Positions 10,801 through 19,900 of a DNA stretch of 64,000 bases are shown here, piece after piece. The DNA is taken from contig CAVTBU010000005.1 in NCBI GenBank assembly GCA_963733035.1, forward strand, positions 1,024,001-1,088,000. The letters are read 5' to 3'. The notes below the pieces were generated by a model that saw only the letters and a program-made list of their open reading frames with translations, did no database searches and had not been told where the DNA came from. Position 1 is the stretch's first letter, and each line of letters opens with the position of its first letter. The translations under genes were made by a program, and so were the position numbers. This stretch comes from Pirellulales bacterium (GTDB lineage: Bacteria > Planctomycetota > Planctomycetia > Pirellulales > PALSA-1355).

Positions 10801-13800
10801 CGGAGGCCCAACAGGGGCGTTTGCTGTTGGTCGACGCAGATGGGTTGGCCGAAGCCAGAATCTCGCCCCAGACGCGAGTCACGCTTCCGGCCGGTCCGAC
10901 TCCGCTCGTACGCGGCCTCACCATGCTCCGTCAGGCGAGGTTATTGCCCATTGCCACTCCGGCCGCCATCATCGTCACCACGGCTGCTCGCGCGGCGACG
11001 TATCGCGATCAATTGGTAGTGGATGAGGATGGTCATGCAGTGGCCGTTGCCGGTGGTTTCCTGTCGACCGCCGCTCACCGCGCGGCCGGTGGCGATGTCG
11101 TTGGAGGAATAGAAACCCTCGAACTTTGGCGTGCCGATTCAAACAGCCAGCCAGTGACCTGGGTGGATCCCCCTCTCCCTCCATTCGCCGACATCGATCC
11201 ACTTGGTTGGCGAAGCTACACCGTCCAAATCCCGTCCCACAGAGCCGCAACGATAAGCCTAATTCACGCCACCCGACTACAATCGCTGACCTGGGCGGTG
11301 CTCTTGGCGACTGTGGGAGTTGGACTCTGGCGATCCGTGATTGGCGGACTGGGGTTGGTGCTGATTGTCGGTGGCTCGGCTGTGACCAGCCTAGTCGTTT
11401 CGCCCGCGCTGGCGACCCTTTTTAGTGCCGCAACGGTGGGGGGCCTCTTGTGCCTGGCTGCCCGAATGGTGCGCATCGAGCCGCGAACAACGATTGTGCC
11501 CGACGCCGCGGATGGAGTGTCGAAGGCTCGGAGCAGCTACGTTCAACCGGTAGCCACAATTTTACTGGTGATGGCATTTGTCCAACTTGCCGCCGCACTT
11601 GATGCAGCCGAACCCTCCGGCGTTGCTGAGCCCCCCTTATATGCGGTGCTCGTGCCGATTGACGCCGATCAGCATCCGGTTGGCGACAAATACTATGTCC
11701 CGGATACGTTGTATGAAGAATTGCTGCGACGTGCGGCGGAGATAGCTGGTACTCCCAAGGCTTGGATTGTGACAGGTGGTGCATTCGAAGGTGCCCTTTT
11801 GCGCGATCCAGTCAGTTCGCAGCTCGATCTCGCGCGGCTTGACGTGAAGTTCGATCTCGAAGTCTTTCAGGCCAATGTGCCGGTACGGCTTCCCTTGCCG
11901 CGCAGTGTCTGGGGCACTGCTATCCGGTCCGTGCGCTTTGATGGGCGCAGTATTTCTCCACGCTGGTCCTTCGCCGGTGACGCGATGGAACTAGGAACGA
12001 CCGCTGTTGGCTCGCACCGGCTGGAACTCGACGTTTTACCTACTCTCCAAACGGAAATCCGCCACCAGCGTTTTGACCTACCGATTCCGCGGCTAGGTCA
12101 GGCGAACCTTAAGTTGTCGTTCCCGCAAGACGTCACGTCGATCGACGTGCCTAGTGCTCGTGGCCGCGTTGAATTCACCTCGGGCGGTGGTGAACTTCGC
12201 GCTCAAGTTGGTGGCTCGGACCGGCTTTCCGTTCGCTGGCCAACTGTAAATGGAACCGACGCCGCTACGGCGAACCTCGAGGTTGAGGAGCTAATTTGGA
12301 TTAAGGTCCGGCCCGGAACGACGGTTCTGGACGCGCGTTTCAAATACCGGGTGCTCTCAGGGCGCATTCGCACTTTGCGGCTCCTCACTGACTCGCGATT
12401 GCGTTTGCTCACATCGCCGGCGGCACCTTCACCTGTCACTGCCGTGCATACGATCCCGGGTGATCCGCAGCGCATTGAGTTGGAACTCGCCGAGGATGTC
12501 GCCGACCATGTCACAATCGATCTATCGTTCCTTGTGACCCGTGCGTCGGGCGTCGGCAGTCTAAGGCTCCCGCGTTTGGAGTCCGTGGACGCCCGCGCGA
12601 TGCGCAGATGGTTGGGTATGTCGGTGGATGTTGCTTTGCAACATCGTGTACAAGCCGGCGAAGACACGCGCGTTCTGGACACCGGCGAGTTCGTCGGCGC
12701 ATGGGGGCCTAGCGACGCAAAGCCGCTGCAGTCTTTTAGCATTCCCCGAGGTGAACCCATCTGGTTTTTGGCCACACAGCCCGGAGAACCAAAAACCACC
12801 GTTGAACAGACCACGGCAGTCAGCCTGGGAAGAAACTCGGCGGAAGTTCGCTTCGGCGCGGCAATTTCAATTTCTAGCGGCGTGCTGGCTCAATTAGCCA
12901 TCGAAGGCCCACGAGGTTTCTCCGTCGAATCTATTTCAGTTCCAGAGCAAGACGTCGAACGGGTTGCTCGCTGGTCGATTGATGAATCCGGGCGCGTAAC
13001 CGTATTCCTCACCGCGCCAATCGAGGGGAAACAATTCCTATCGATGCGTGGCCGATGGATACTTCCAAACGATAGTCCAATCACGATTCCCAATTGGAAG
13101 CTTCTTGGTGCCGACGCAACACGTCGACATCTGCAGCTCTATCGCCAACCCGCTGTTTTGGCGACTGTCAAACCCTCGGTCGGTGCACGACCACTTGAGG
13201 ATGTCGTGTCACAGCGATCGAACAGCTTGGGCGCTCCATGTGGCGGATTTTCACTCGACGACGAGGGTGCAAGCGTTGAAGTGACTCTCATGCCAAACGA
13301 GCCCAAACAGAAGGCCTCGGCCATCACATATCTTGAGCACCGTGACGATCAGTGGCTTGCGGAGTTGCAGTATCACGTCGATGTCGCCGGTGGGCTGGCT
13401 GACTCATTGCAGTTTGAAATTCCTCCCCAATGGTCAGAGCCGTTTCGCGTTGAACCCGCGGCCGAGTTGTCCGTTGTAACGATGGCCGGTGAACAGCGTA
13501 GACAACTCACGCTTACGCCTTCGAAGCCATTGGCCGGGAAGCAGACGTTCCTAGTGCGAGGTCGGGTAGCGCCGTCTCCGGGTGACCGATTGAGCGTGCC
13601 CGACATTCTTCCACTTAACGTTGACGAATTGCAGAGGTTCGTTGTCCTGCCGCGATACTTCGAGTCGCAACAAGTCACCTGGGATACGCTGAGATTATCT
13701 CCGGCCCGGCTGCCAGCCGAATTCTTGCCGCGGCATTGGCAGGCCGACCAGATGGCGGTTTACCACGTCGCCGGGGAGCATTTTCAAGCTTCGTTGAAGG

Positions 13801-14855
13801 CCGTCCAGCGCCAACAAGCCACTGCGAGCGTCAAGCTCGCTGACATTCAACTGGCTTGGCTGCCGAACGACGGGTATCAGGCGTCGGCTGCGTTCGATGT
13901 GGAGCCCGGTGGAGCAACGCATTGCCTGCTCGAACTCCCGGCGGATTGCGAACTCGTTCACTTGGCCGTGGAACAACTTCCAGCGTCGATTGTCCCAGCT
14001 GGCAGAAACAGATTTCATGTATCGCTCGGCCCCGAACAGCTACCTCAGCGCATTGAGTTGCTCTATAGCGGTTCTTCGCTCGGTGACTTTCCCATTAAGG
14101 AATTTGTGGCCCCGCGACTCATCGGTTTGACAGTCGAGAAGACACTATGGACTGTGTACGCACTTCCTCGCTTTGGCCCGGCCACGACGAATCAACGTCT
14201 TGACCAAATCGCTCCCGGCGAAAGGCAATTGGCTCGACTAGAAGCCATCGCAGACCTGGTCCAATTGCCCACGGAAGTGGTCAGTGAGCACTTGCCTGAG
14301 GAAATCGCCCGCTGGTATGACGTTTGGCGCAAACGCTATTGGACAGGGCGATTGGCGCTGCGGCACGATTTGATCGAGGCCCGCCGTGAAACGGCCCAAT
14401 CGGAAGAAAGTATCGCCGCGCGTCAGCTCGATCGGCAGATGACGGCAATGGACAAACGGCTAGGAGCCGGTCAATCGGGTCTCCCACCACTGCTGGCCGG
14501 GGATACGACCACGCGACTGGCTGCCGCTGAAAGCTCCAACTTGCGAGCGCAGCATTTTTTGGTGACCTCGCCAACGGGCAATTTGCAGCTGCGATACCTG
14601 CAAGATAGCAGCGAGCGTGTTATGCCACGCTGGTTAGCCGTGGCCGCAATTCTGTTCGTTTGCGGCCTCTCTTTCAGGTCGTTCAGCGGGCGACCGTTTC
14701 CGCAGTGCACGCCGTTGACCATGGTGAGTGGACTGGCCTTTATCTGGTGGCTCCTCTTGGCTCCAAGTTTCCTTGGGTTAATCGCACTAGTCTCGATCGC
14801 AGTTGCATTGATCTGGAAACGTTGGTCGTGGACGCATGGCGTTGCCATCCGCTAG
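7833..14855 (+). CDS. Giant (2340 aa) exported/membrane protein with two repeated modules, unknown function
   Basis: ATGA overlap with the upstream gene; signal peptide, a central TM bundle and a C-terminal TM bundle. Confidence 0.85.
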   Translation: MSWRQYFVASCSLLCLTMGTLVCQAEEPQREQTRLRFHRLYLPEEDIEARTWNQRYLPVDAEAFERDLQTVSNGERGVPTASRARFERAEYRAQLVGDDLLVGSFQLHLEFPAGPSTLLSLTPCSLAIESARWSEQAKHAVLGADPTGDLCLLVEGRQLECEWSRRGERTASGTVKFRLGLPACPMSRIEVTVPNGAEVVADHGVVSRRESDPGEASRWLVELGGNCEVELRIVPDEAGRDRRSLTLLRQATTYQFSSRGINVGAQLRLDVHGEPLTRLLVDLDPSLHLIEAKFGELALPWSATTDLETGQSHVHLDFPEPLVGTGRVLQLSAVAPLTTGHRFMLPRVQPQGVAWQEGTADLIIPSALLLEQLLTTGCRQSRVTALPAPLAGESIEIQSFEAGAKVEVLVDEPRKRLALQRAAVVEVKTDVIANRCALIVLGEQGRRHRVKIPLHDGWIVETVESSLPNQPVDWDLHESQDKPAELHVELVEGSRIVVQGHRVRPPADTFEASQLLMLDFTAFPGGTSLVSVRASEGLELRWSGTETLQRLDAAELSTEQLGLFPRLPEGVLFSEDEQFVRSRVSVSRRRPSYSADIHIDAALQNEALTETFTILCTPDASRIERLLIHFSQPRTEPLEWRLAGGNNSGQFSARKLSAGEQAKAGIQAAGEVWEILLQLARPGVFELRAERKAHFTVETPLSLVSVEGATTQRGTLSIRALGDTGIRLENRGLMSVPAELLDDDYYQTARATYHYQPADDDFETDPLVTVAPASPQQADTGAWVWDVRLMSRFASDGAVAHEAVLHIETAGRRAFPLELPAGTTLQEAWIDTERLALSDKGPWNIELPAGRSRVTLALRFSAVAHLPLLTSEIEPPVPDIGLPVVQRQWTVWLPPEYRLSDAEGYAQHELLPPLSWSERLFGPLGRSSADHIFNPLVAADWREIFRASSDMESARAAQNQLLESFGTLAATYADDEELTCGQLLSAASETEAQQGRLLLVDADGLAEARISPQTRVTLPAGPTPLVRGLTMLRQARLLPIATPAAIIVTTAARAATYRDQLVVDEDGHAVAVAGGFLSTAAHRAAGGDVVGGIETLELWRADSNSQPVTWVDPPLPPFADIDPLGWRSYTVQIPSHRAATISLIHATRLQSLTWAVLLATVGVGLWRSVIGGLGLVLIVGGSAVTSLVVSPALATLFSAATVGGLLCLAARMVRIEPRTTIVPDAADGVSKARSSYVQPVATILLVMAFVQLAAALDAAEPSGVAEPPLYAVLVPIDADQHPVGDKYYVPDTLYEELLRRAAEIAGTPKAWIVTGGAFEGALLRDPVSSQLDLARLDVKFDLEVFQANVPVRLPLPRSVWGTAIRSVRFDGRSISPRWSFAGDAMELGTTAVGSHRLELDVLPTLQTEIRHQRFDLPIPRLGQANLKLSFPQDVTSIDVPSARGRVEFTSGGGELRAQVGGSDRLSVRWPTVNGTDAATANLEVEELIWIKVRPGTTVLDARFKYRVLSGRIRTLRLLTDSRLRLLTSPAAPSPVTAVHTIPGDPQRIELELAEDVADHVTIDLSFLVTRASGVGSLRLPRLESVDARAMRRWLGMSVDVALQHRVQAGEDTRVLDTGEFVGAWGPSDAKPLQSFSIPRGEPIWFLATQPGEPKTTVEQTTAVSLGRNSAEVRFGAAISISSGVLAQLAIEGPRGFSVESISVPEQDVERVARWSIDESGRVTVFLTAPIEGKQFLSMRGRWILPNDSPITIPNWKLLGADATRRHLQLYRQPAVLATVKPSVGARPLEDVVSQRSNSLGAPCGGFSLDDEGASVEVTLMPNEPKQKASAITYLEHRDDQWLAELQYHVDVAGGLADSLQFEIPPQWSEPFRVEPAAELSVVTMAGEQRRQLTLTPSKPLAGKQTFLVRGRVAPSPGDRLSVPDILPLNVDELQRFVVLPRYFESQQVTWDTLRLSPARLPAEFLPRHWQADQMAVYHVAGEHFQASLKAVQRQQATASVKLADIQLAWLPNDGYQASAAFDVEPGGATHCLLELPADCELVHLAVEQLPASIVPAGRNRFHVSLGPEQLPQRIELLYSGSSLGDFPIKEFVAPRLIGLTVEKTLWTVYALPRFGPATTNQRLDQIAPGERQLARLEAIADLVQLPTEVVSEHLPEEIARWYDVWRKRYWTGRLALRHDLIEARRETAQSEESIAARQLDRQMTAMDKRLGAGQSGLPPLLAGDTTTRLAAAESSNLRAQHFLVTSPTGNLQLRYLQDSSERVMPRWLAVAAILFVCGLSFRSFSGRPFPQCTPLTMVSGLAFIWWLLLAPSFLGLIALVSIAVALIWKRWSWTHGVAIR

Positions 14856-14864
14856 ATCGGTCAG

Positions 14865-15272
14865 TCAGCGCTTCGCGCTGAAATAGTGTGAGTAGTGCAT
14901 AAATCGAACCGCGGAGGGCCGACCGCCAGCGCTGCCACGCGTCGTATCCGCTCGGTTGTCGGAACCATTCGATCCGTGCATTTGCTGGTTTAACTGCTCA
15001 AGGGCCGTCCATTGGCGATTCAGTTCCTCTCGCTCCTCGAGCAGCGGGCGAACGAGCGCCTGGTAGTTGGACAAGCCACCGTTGTTGTTTGCGAGATTTA
15101 CATAAGGACTAACAGTTGGTCGCGATTCGATCGACTGGTAAGGACGGCTCCCAGGCCGATCGAACGGCCGCATTGATTGTGCCCTGGCCGTCACAGAAGT
15201 AGCTAGCCAGCACGCGCAACACATCAAAGATAGTTTGACAACTGAATTCAGCATGCCCGTGTTCTCCGTCAA
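14865..15272 (-). CDS. Small secreted hypothetical protein
   Basis: Signal peptide (ARA-Q); RPTVSPYVNL...NYQALVRP motif reminiscent of planctomycete-specific proteins. Confidence 0.7.
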   Translation of the reverse strand: MTENTGMLNSVVKLSLMCCACWLATSVTARAQSMRPFDRPGSRPYQSIESRPTVSPYVNLANNNGGLSNYQALVRPLLEEREELNRQWTALEQLNQQMHGSNGSDNRADTTRGSAGGRPSAVRFMHYSHYFSAKR

Positions 15273-15296
15273 GAGTATCCAACGCCGTGGGTTAAT

Positions 15297-16394
15297 TTAG
15301 AAGCCGACGCCGGAGTTGAATCCGAGGGGGTAGCGGTTGATGGTTTGGATGGCTTGGGTGCTGAGCAAGGTGACGCCGAACAGACGTTCGACGGGTGCGA
15401 TGACGCGGTTGAGTGTGGAATCCAGGGCGATCAGCGGATCCTGGGCGATGAAGATTCGATCGCCCGGCAGCACTTGGTAGTTGCTGGCCGTGGCGCCGCT
15501 GGCGGTGATTTCTTTCCAGTTGACCGGCAGAATCGCGTCGCAGCCGGCCCCGCCGGGCATCGGCCGGGCGATCCAGATCCGTTTGCTCGACACCCGGCTC
15601 AGACCGTTGACTTGCGTCAACGCGTCGAGCACCGTTTCGTTGCCGGTGACCGGGAAGCGGGCCACCGTGTCGCCCAGCCCGGCCCCTTCGGTCACCACGT
15701 AGTACACCTTGCTGTTGTAGGCGAACACGCTGATCGAGACCTGCGGGTTGTCGAGCTGCTCGGAAAGGTGCTCGTTGACCGCTTTGGTGGCCTCTTCCAG
15801 GGTCAGGCCGGCCACGTAGACCGAGCCGTAGCTGCCCAGGTTAACCGTGCCGTCGGGAGCCACCAGGTGCTCGCCGGTGATCGGTTGCATGCCGGCCGAC
15901 TGCGAGAGCTGCACCGAGACCTGGGGGTCCTTAACCACCTCGCGGAGCGAGGCTTCGATCTTGCGGGCCGCCTCGTCCTCGGTCAGACCGGTGACTTCCA
16001 CGCGGCCGGCCTCGCCGTAGGCGGGACCCAGATCAATGCGTCCCGAGGGGCTGACCAGGTACTGATCGGCGTTCGGGCCGCCACCGACCGGAGGTGTGGG
16101 AAAGCCGCCTTGCAGCTGAATGCTCAACACGTCGGTTGCCTGAATGTGATACGGCGGTTTGGGCACCACCCGGATGGCCTCGATGAACAGGATGTCGGGC
16201 GGTTCGATGGTATAGGGTGGGAGCGAGGTCTTGTCCTTCTCGGTGGGGACCAGGCCGCCGAACGGATCGCCCGTTTGGGGGCCTACAAGGCGGGGGTCGG
16301 GCCGATTGACCAGCGCATGGCAGCCGGACCCCAGCGTCAGCAACACCAGCAAGGCGAGCCCGCAAGCCCAGCGATCGACGTGTCGCGCCAGCAT
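15297..16394 (-). CDS. Polysaccharide biosynthesis/export lipoprotein (Wza-like, Poly_export/SLBB)
   Basis: Lipobox GSGC, YTIEPPDIL, duplicated V.P.G.(I/V).LG..G.V.V.GLT motif, ETVLDAL, NYQVLPGDRIFI; start moved to ATG 16394. Confidence 0.9.
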   Translation of the reverse strand: MLARHVDRWACGLALLVLLTLGSGCHALVNRPDPRLVGPQTGDPFGGLVPTEKDKTSLPPYTIEPPDILFIEAIRVVPKPPYHIQATDVLSIQLQGGFPTPPVGGGPNADQYLVSPSGRIDLGPAYGEAGRVEVTGLTEDEAARKIEASLREVVKDPQVSVQLSQSAGMQPITGEHLVAPDGTVNLGSYGSVYVAGLTLEEATKAVNEHLSEQLDNPQVSISVFAYNSKVYYVVTEGAGLGDTVARFPVTGNETVLDALTQVNGLSRVSSKRIWIARPMPGGAGCDAILPVNWKEITASGATASNYQVLPGDRIFIAQDPLIALDSTLNRVIAPVERLFGVTLLSTQAIQTINRYPLGFNSGVGF

Positions 16395-16694
16395 GGTCAA
16401 GTTGGCCAACCCTTGTCTGGACCTAGCCCGTCGCGGAGCGGAGCGCACCGGCGCCCTCAACGTCCTCCCGACCGTCACAGACCTACTAATCGGCAAACTC
16501 AACCAAACACTTTGCCCCCATTCCCACCCCAAACCAAAATCTCGGGGAGGTAAGTGCGCCGAAATGCCACGGATCCATCCATTTACCCCATTTTACTCAT
16601 GTAACAGTCGGATCTGCCGACCCAACGTGGGCGCGACTCGTATAGGTTTGCAGGACCTGCTTATTGAGCATTCTGTTAGGGGGTGATTGGTTCG

Positions 16695-16722
16695 TTGACA
16701 CTGCCTATTGGACAAGTACGAT
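16695..16722 (+). promoter_or_regulatory. Putative sigma70 promoter of the TPR gene
   Basis: TTGACA-N16-TACGAT about 200 nt upstream of the start codon. Confidence 0.45.
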
Positions 16723-16927
16723 AGAGTGTAAGCATTTCGACTTTGGATCGTGGAAGGCCGCACCGTCAAAGGCTTCCAATCCGCGGTTCAATGGCTCTAC
16801 GGCAAGGCGGTTCGCGGCGGCTTCATTGCAGCTATCGGGTGTGATCGAACCGCGTCTGCCTCGAATCCCCAATTTGCCAGCCAGCCGTCCGAGCTGGTCT
16901 GTGCAATTCTCGAAAACTGGATGAGAC

Positions 16928-19900
16928 ATGAAACGCCTGAACGTCAAGCTGGCTCTTTGGCTCGTGGGAATTACGGTCTTTTCCGTGGTAGGTGGTTACT
17001 TTCTGCACGGATTTCAGGAGGACCGCAACGCTGAGTTTTTGAAGGTCCAAGCAGAACAAGCTCGCAATGAAGGCAATGACCAGGACGCAATCAAACACTA
17101 CAGCCAGTACGTCCGACATCGAGATGACGTAGAGGGCTACAAGGCGCTGGCGGAGTTGACTGTCAAGGTGGCCAAAAGCCCCAAGGCCACCCGAAACGAT
17201 CACATTCGGGCATACAACCTCTTGGAAGAAGCGATTCGCCGCTATCCCGACCTGGATGAGGCGCGTTCAAGTCTGATTGACTACACAATGCTGATGCGGC
17301 GGTACGGCGAAGCGCTCGATCACATAGCGTATTTGCAAGCGAACGGCAGCAAAGACACAAACCTCGAGCTCAAAAAAGCCATTTGTCAACTCAATAATGG
17401 CGAGGAAGATGCGGCCAGAAAGAAACTGTTCGAAATCGTCGGTTACGACTCCGAAAATCAGCAGTTTGCCGCTGAGCCACCAGCGACGGCCAAGGAAACA
17501 GAGGCCTATCTAATCTTGGCTCGACTATTTCGAGCCGAACGAAAGAACGACACCGCCGACGCGTTAATGCAGAAGTTGGTCGAATGGAATCCTGATTTGG
17601 CCCAGGCCCATATCACAAGAGCGGCCTATCTCCTCTCGGTTTGGGAAACGGTGCGGTCCGATACGCCCGAGGGACAGGATCTGAAAGCGCAATTGTTGGT
17701 CGATGCCAAGAACGAATTGAAACGTGCATCAGAAATCGAACCGGACGACGTCGACACATTGCTGATGACTTCCGGCATTGCCGTTCATGAACGTGACTTT
17801 CCACGCGCTCAGGAATTGCTCGATCGGGCGATGAAACTGAATCCCGAACGAGCTGACGTCTATCTGCGTCGTTCGGCGCTTGCGTTCGCTCAAGGCGATC
17901 AGGAAAAGGCCACCGCTGAACTCCAGACGGGGTTGGACAAGACTGAGAACGTGAAGCCTTTGCTCGAGCAGCTTGTGGAGATTCAGTTCACCCAACGTGA
18001 CCTGAAAGGGGCCAAGGCAACCTGTGAGAAGATGAAGAAGGTTGCGACGATTCCACCCGAGTACGTTGGCTATCAGGAAGCACGGCTCCAAATGGGTGAG
18101 GGGAAAGTGATCGAGGCTGCCCGGGCATTCGAAAAAGTTCGGCCTGCGATGGAGCGACTAGGCGGGCAATACCTCAACACGGTCAATTCGCTGCTCGGCC
18201 GCTGCTATGAAGTCCTAGGTATGCCCGACCGGCAGTTGGAGGTCTATCGTCGCGTCTTAAGCGCCTATCCGAACTTGCTTCAAGCCCGCATCGGTGAGAC
18301 CGCGGCATTGCAAGCCTTGGGGCGTCACGCTGAGGCTGAAACCTCCGTGAAGCTGTTGGCCAGCTCGGCGCTCAGGGATCCGGAACAGACCTCGCGGATC
18401 TTGCAGCTGGTAGTAAACCAGCAATTGAGTAAGCCCCAGGACGAGAGAGATTGGCAACAAGTCGAGAAACTGACCGCGATGCTGCAAGACGGTGGCAAGC
18501 AAACACCCCTGCAGACCCAGTTGTTAAAGTCACAATTATTGCTAGCTCAAGGTAAGTCCGGCGAAGCCCTGAAGATCTTGGGCACATTGCGAAAGGAACA
18601 TCCAAAAGAAGCTGGCGTCTGGATCGCCCTATGTAATCTCATGGCGAGCGAAGAAGAATACCGTGATCGTCTCCCGCAAGTGATCGCATTGGCTGAAAAC
18701 GCGTTGGGAGACGTTGCGCCGCTCCAGGCCGAACGCATTAAAATCGTGGCCCGTGAAGGTGGCGATGATGCGTCGCAGAAATTGCAAAAGCTCGAGGACG
18801 GAAACAAGACCTACGAGCCCAAAGAACAGCAAGCCTTGGTAGCCCTCTTGGGGACCGCCTATCTGCAGGTTGGGGACTACGAGAACGCCAAGCGATGCTT
18901 GAAGGAGGTGATGGCCCAAGAGGGGAGTAATCTGCGGGTTCGTCAGTTACTGTTTGACCTGGCGATGGAACGTAAGGACGACGCAACGGTCGAGGGGATT
19001 ATCAAGGAACTGGGCAAATCTCCCTACTTCGGTCAAGGCAGTGCGTTGTACCGATACTGCAAGGCAGCATACGAATTGCAAAAGTTCACCATCGGACGTC
19101 AAGGCAAAACCGGTGGGCTTTCAAAGGCAGAACACCAGCAATTGTCTGAAGTCCGAAAGTCTGTCGACGAAGCCATCGCATTGCGCGGGGAATGGGCTCC
19201 GCTCTGGCGGCTCCGTGGCCAAGTCGATCAACTCGACGGCAACGTGACGGGGGCAATCGCTAATTATCAACGGTCTCTCGACTATAGCCGGTCAGGACAA
19301 ACGGGAACCGCCCGCCGGCTCGTTACCCTCCTTTATGCGGCTCAGAGGTATACGGAAGCAAATGAAGCAATGCGGTATCTGGACGGATCCGAATTGCCTG
19401 ATGCAATGCGCAAATTGGTTGAGGCCACAAAGCAACGGGTTGGCGATACGAAAGCGGCGCTGGAGATGGCCCGAGCCGACCTGCAGAAGGATCCGGACAA
19501 TCCGGGCAACTACGTGTGGTATGGCCAATTGCTGGAAGGCGACGGTGATTTCGAAGGTGCCGAACAGGCATATCTGCAGGCCGTAGCCAAGGGGCCGAAG
19601 TTGGCATCCGCCTGGGAGAATCTCGTTCGCCGATTGATGTCCAACAATAAGAAACAGGAAGCAGTTGCGGCCGCAAAGAAAGCCGCGGAATCTCTGGGAG
19701 ACTCGCCTCTAGAACTGGGCCGCTTGTATCAGCGGGCCGGTGAATCTGCTGACGCCGAAAAGCGGTACAAGCAGGCACTGGCCAACGAACCGGACAACTT
19801 GATGATTATGCGGCACCTGGCGGAACTTTATCTGAGTGAGGAGAACATCAAAGCTGCGCTAGCCCAACTCGACAAGATCATCGAGAAGGCCACGGTCGCA

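Noticed and set aside
15345..16553. 402-aa plus-strand ORF
   Set aside because: Antisense shadow of the GC3-biased Wza-like gene. The same applies to 23244-24617, 32547-33533, 45080-46117 and 53232-54338.
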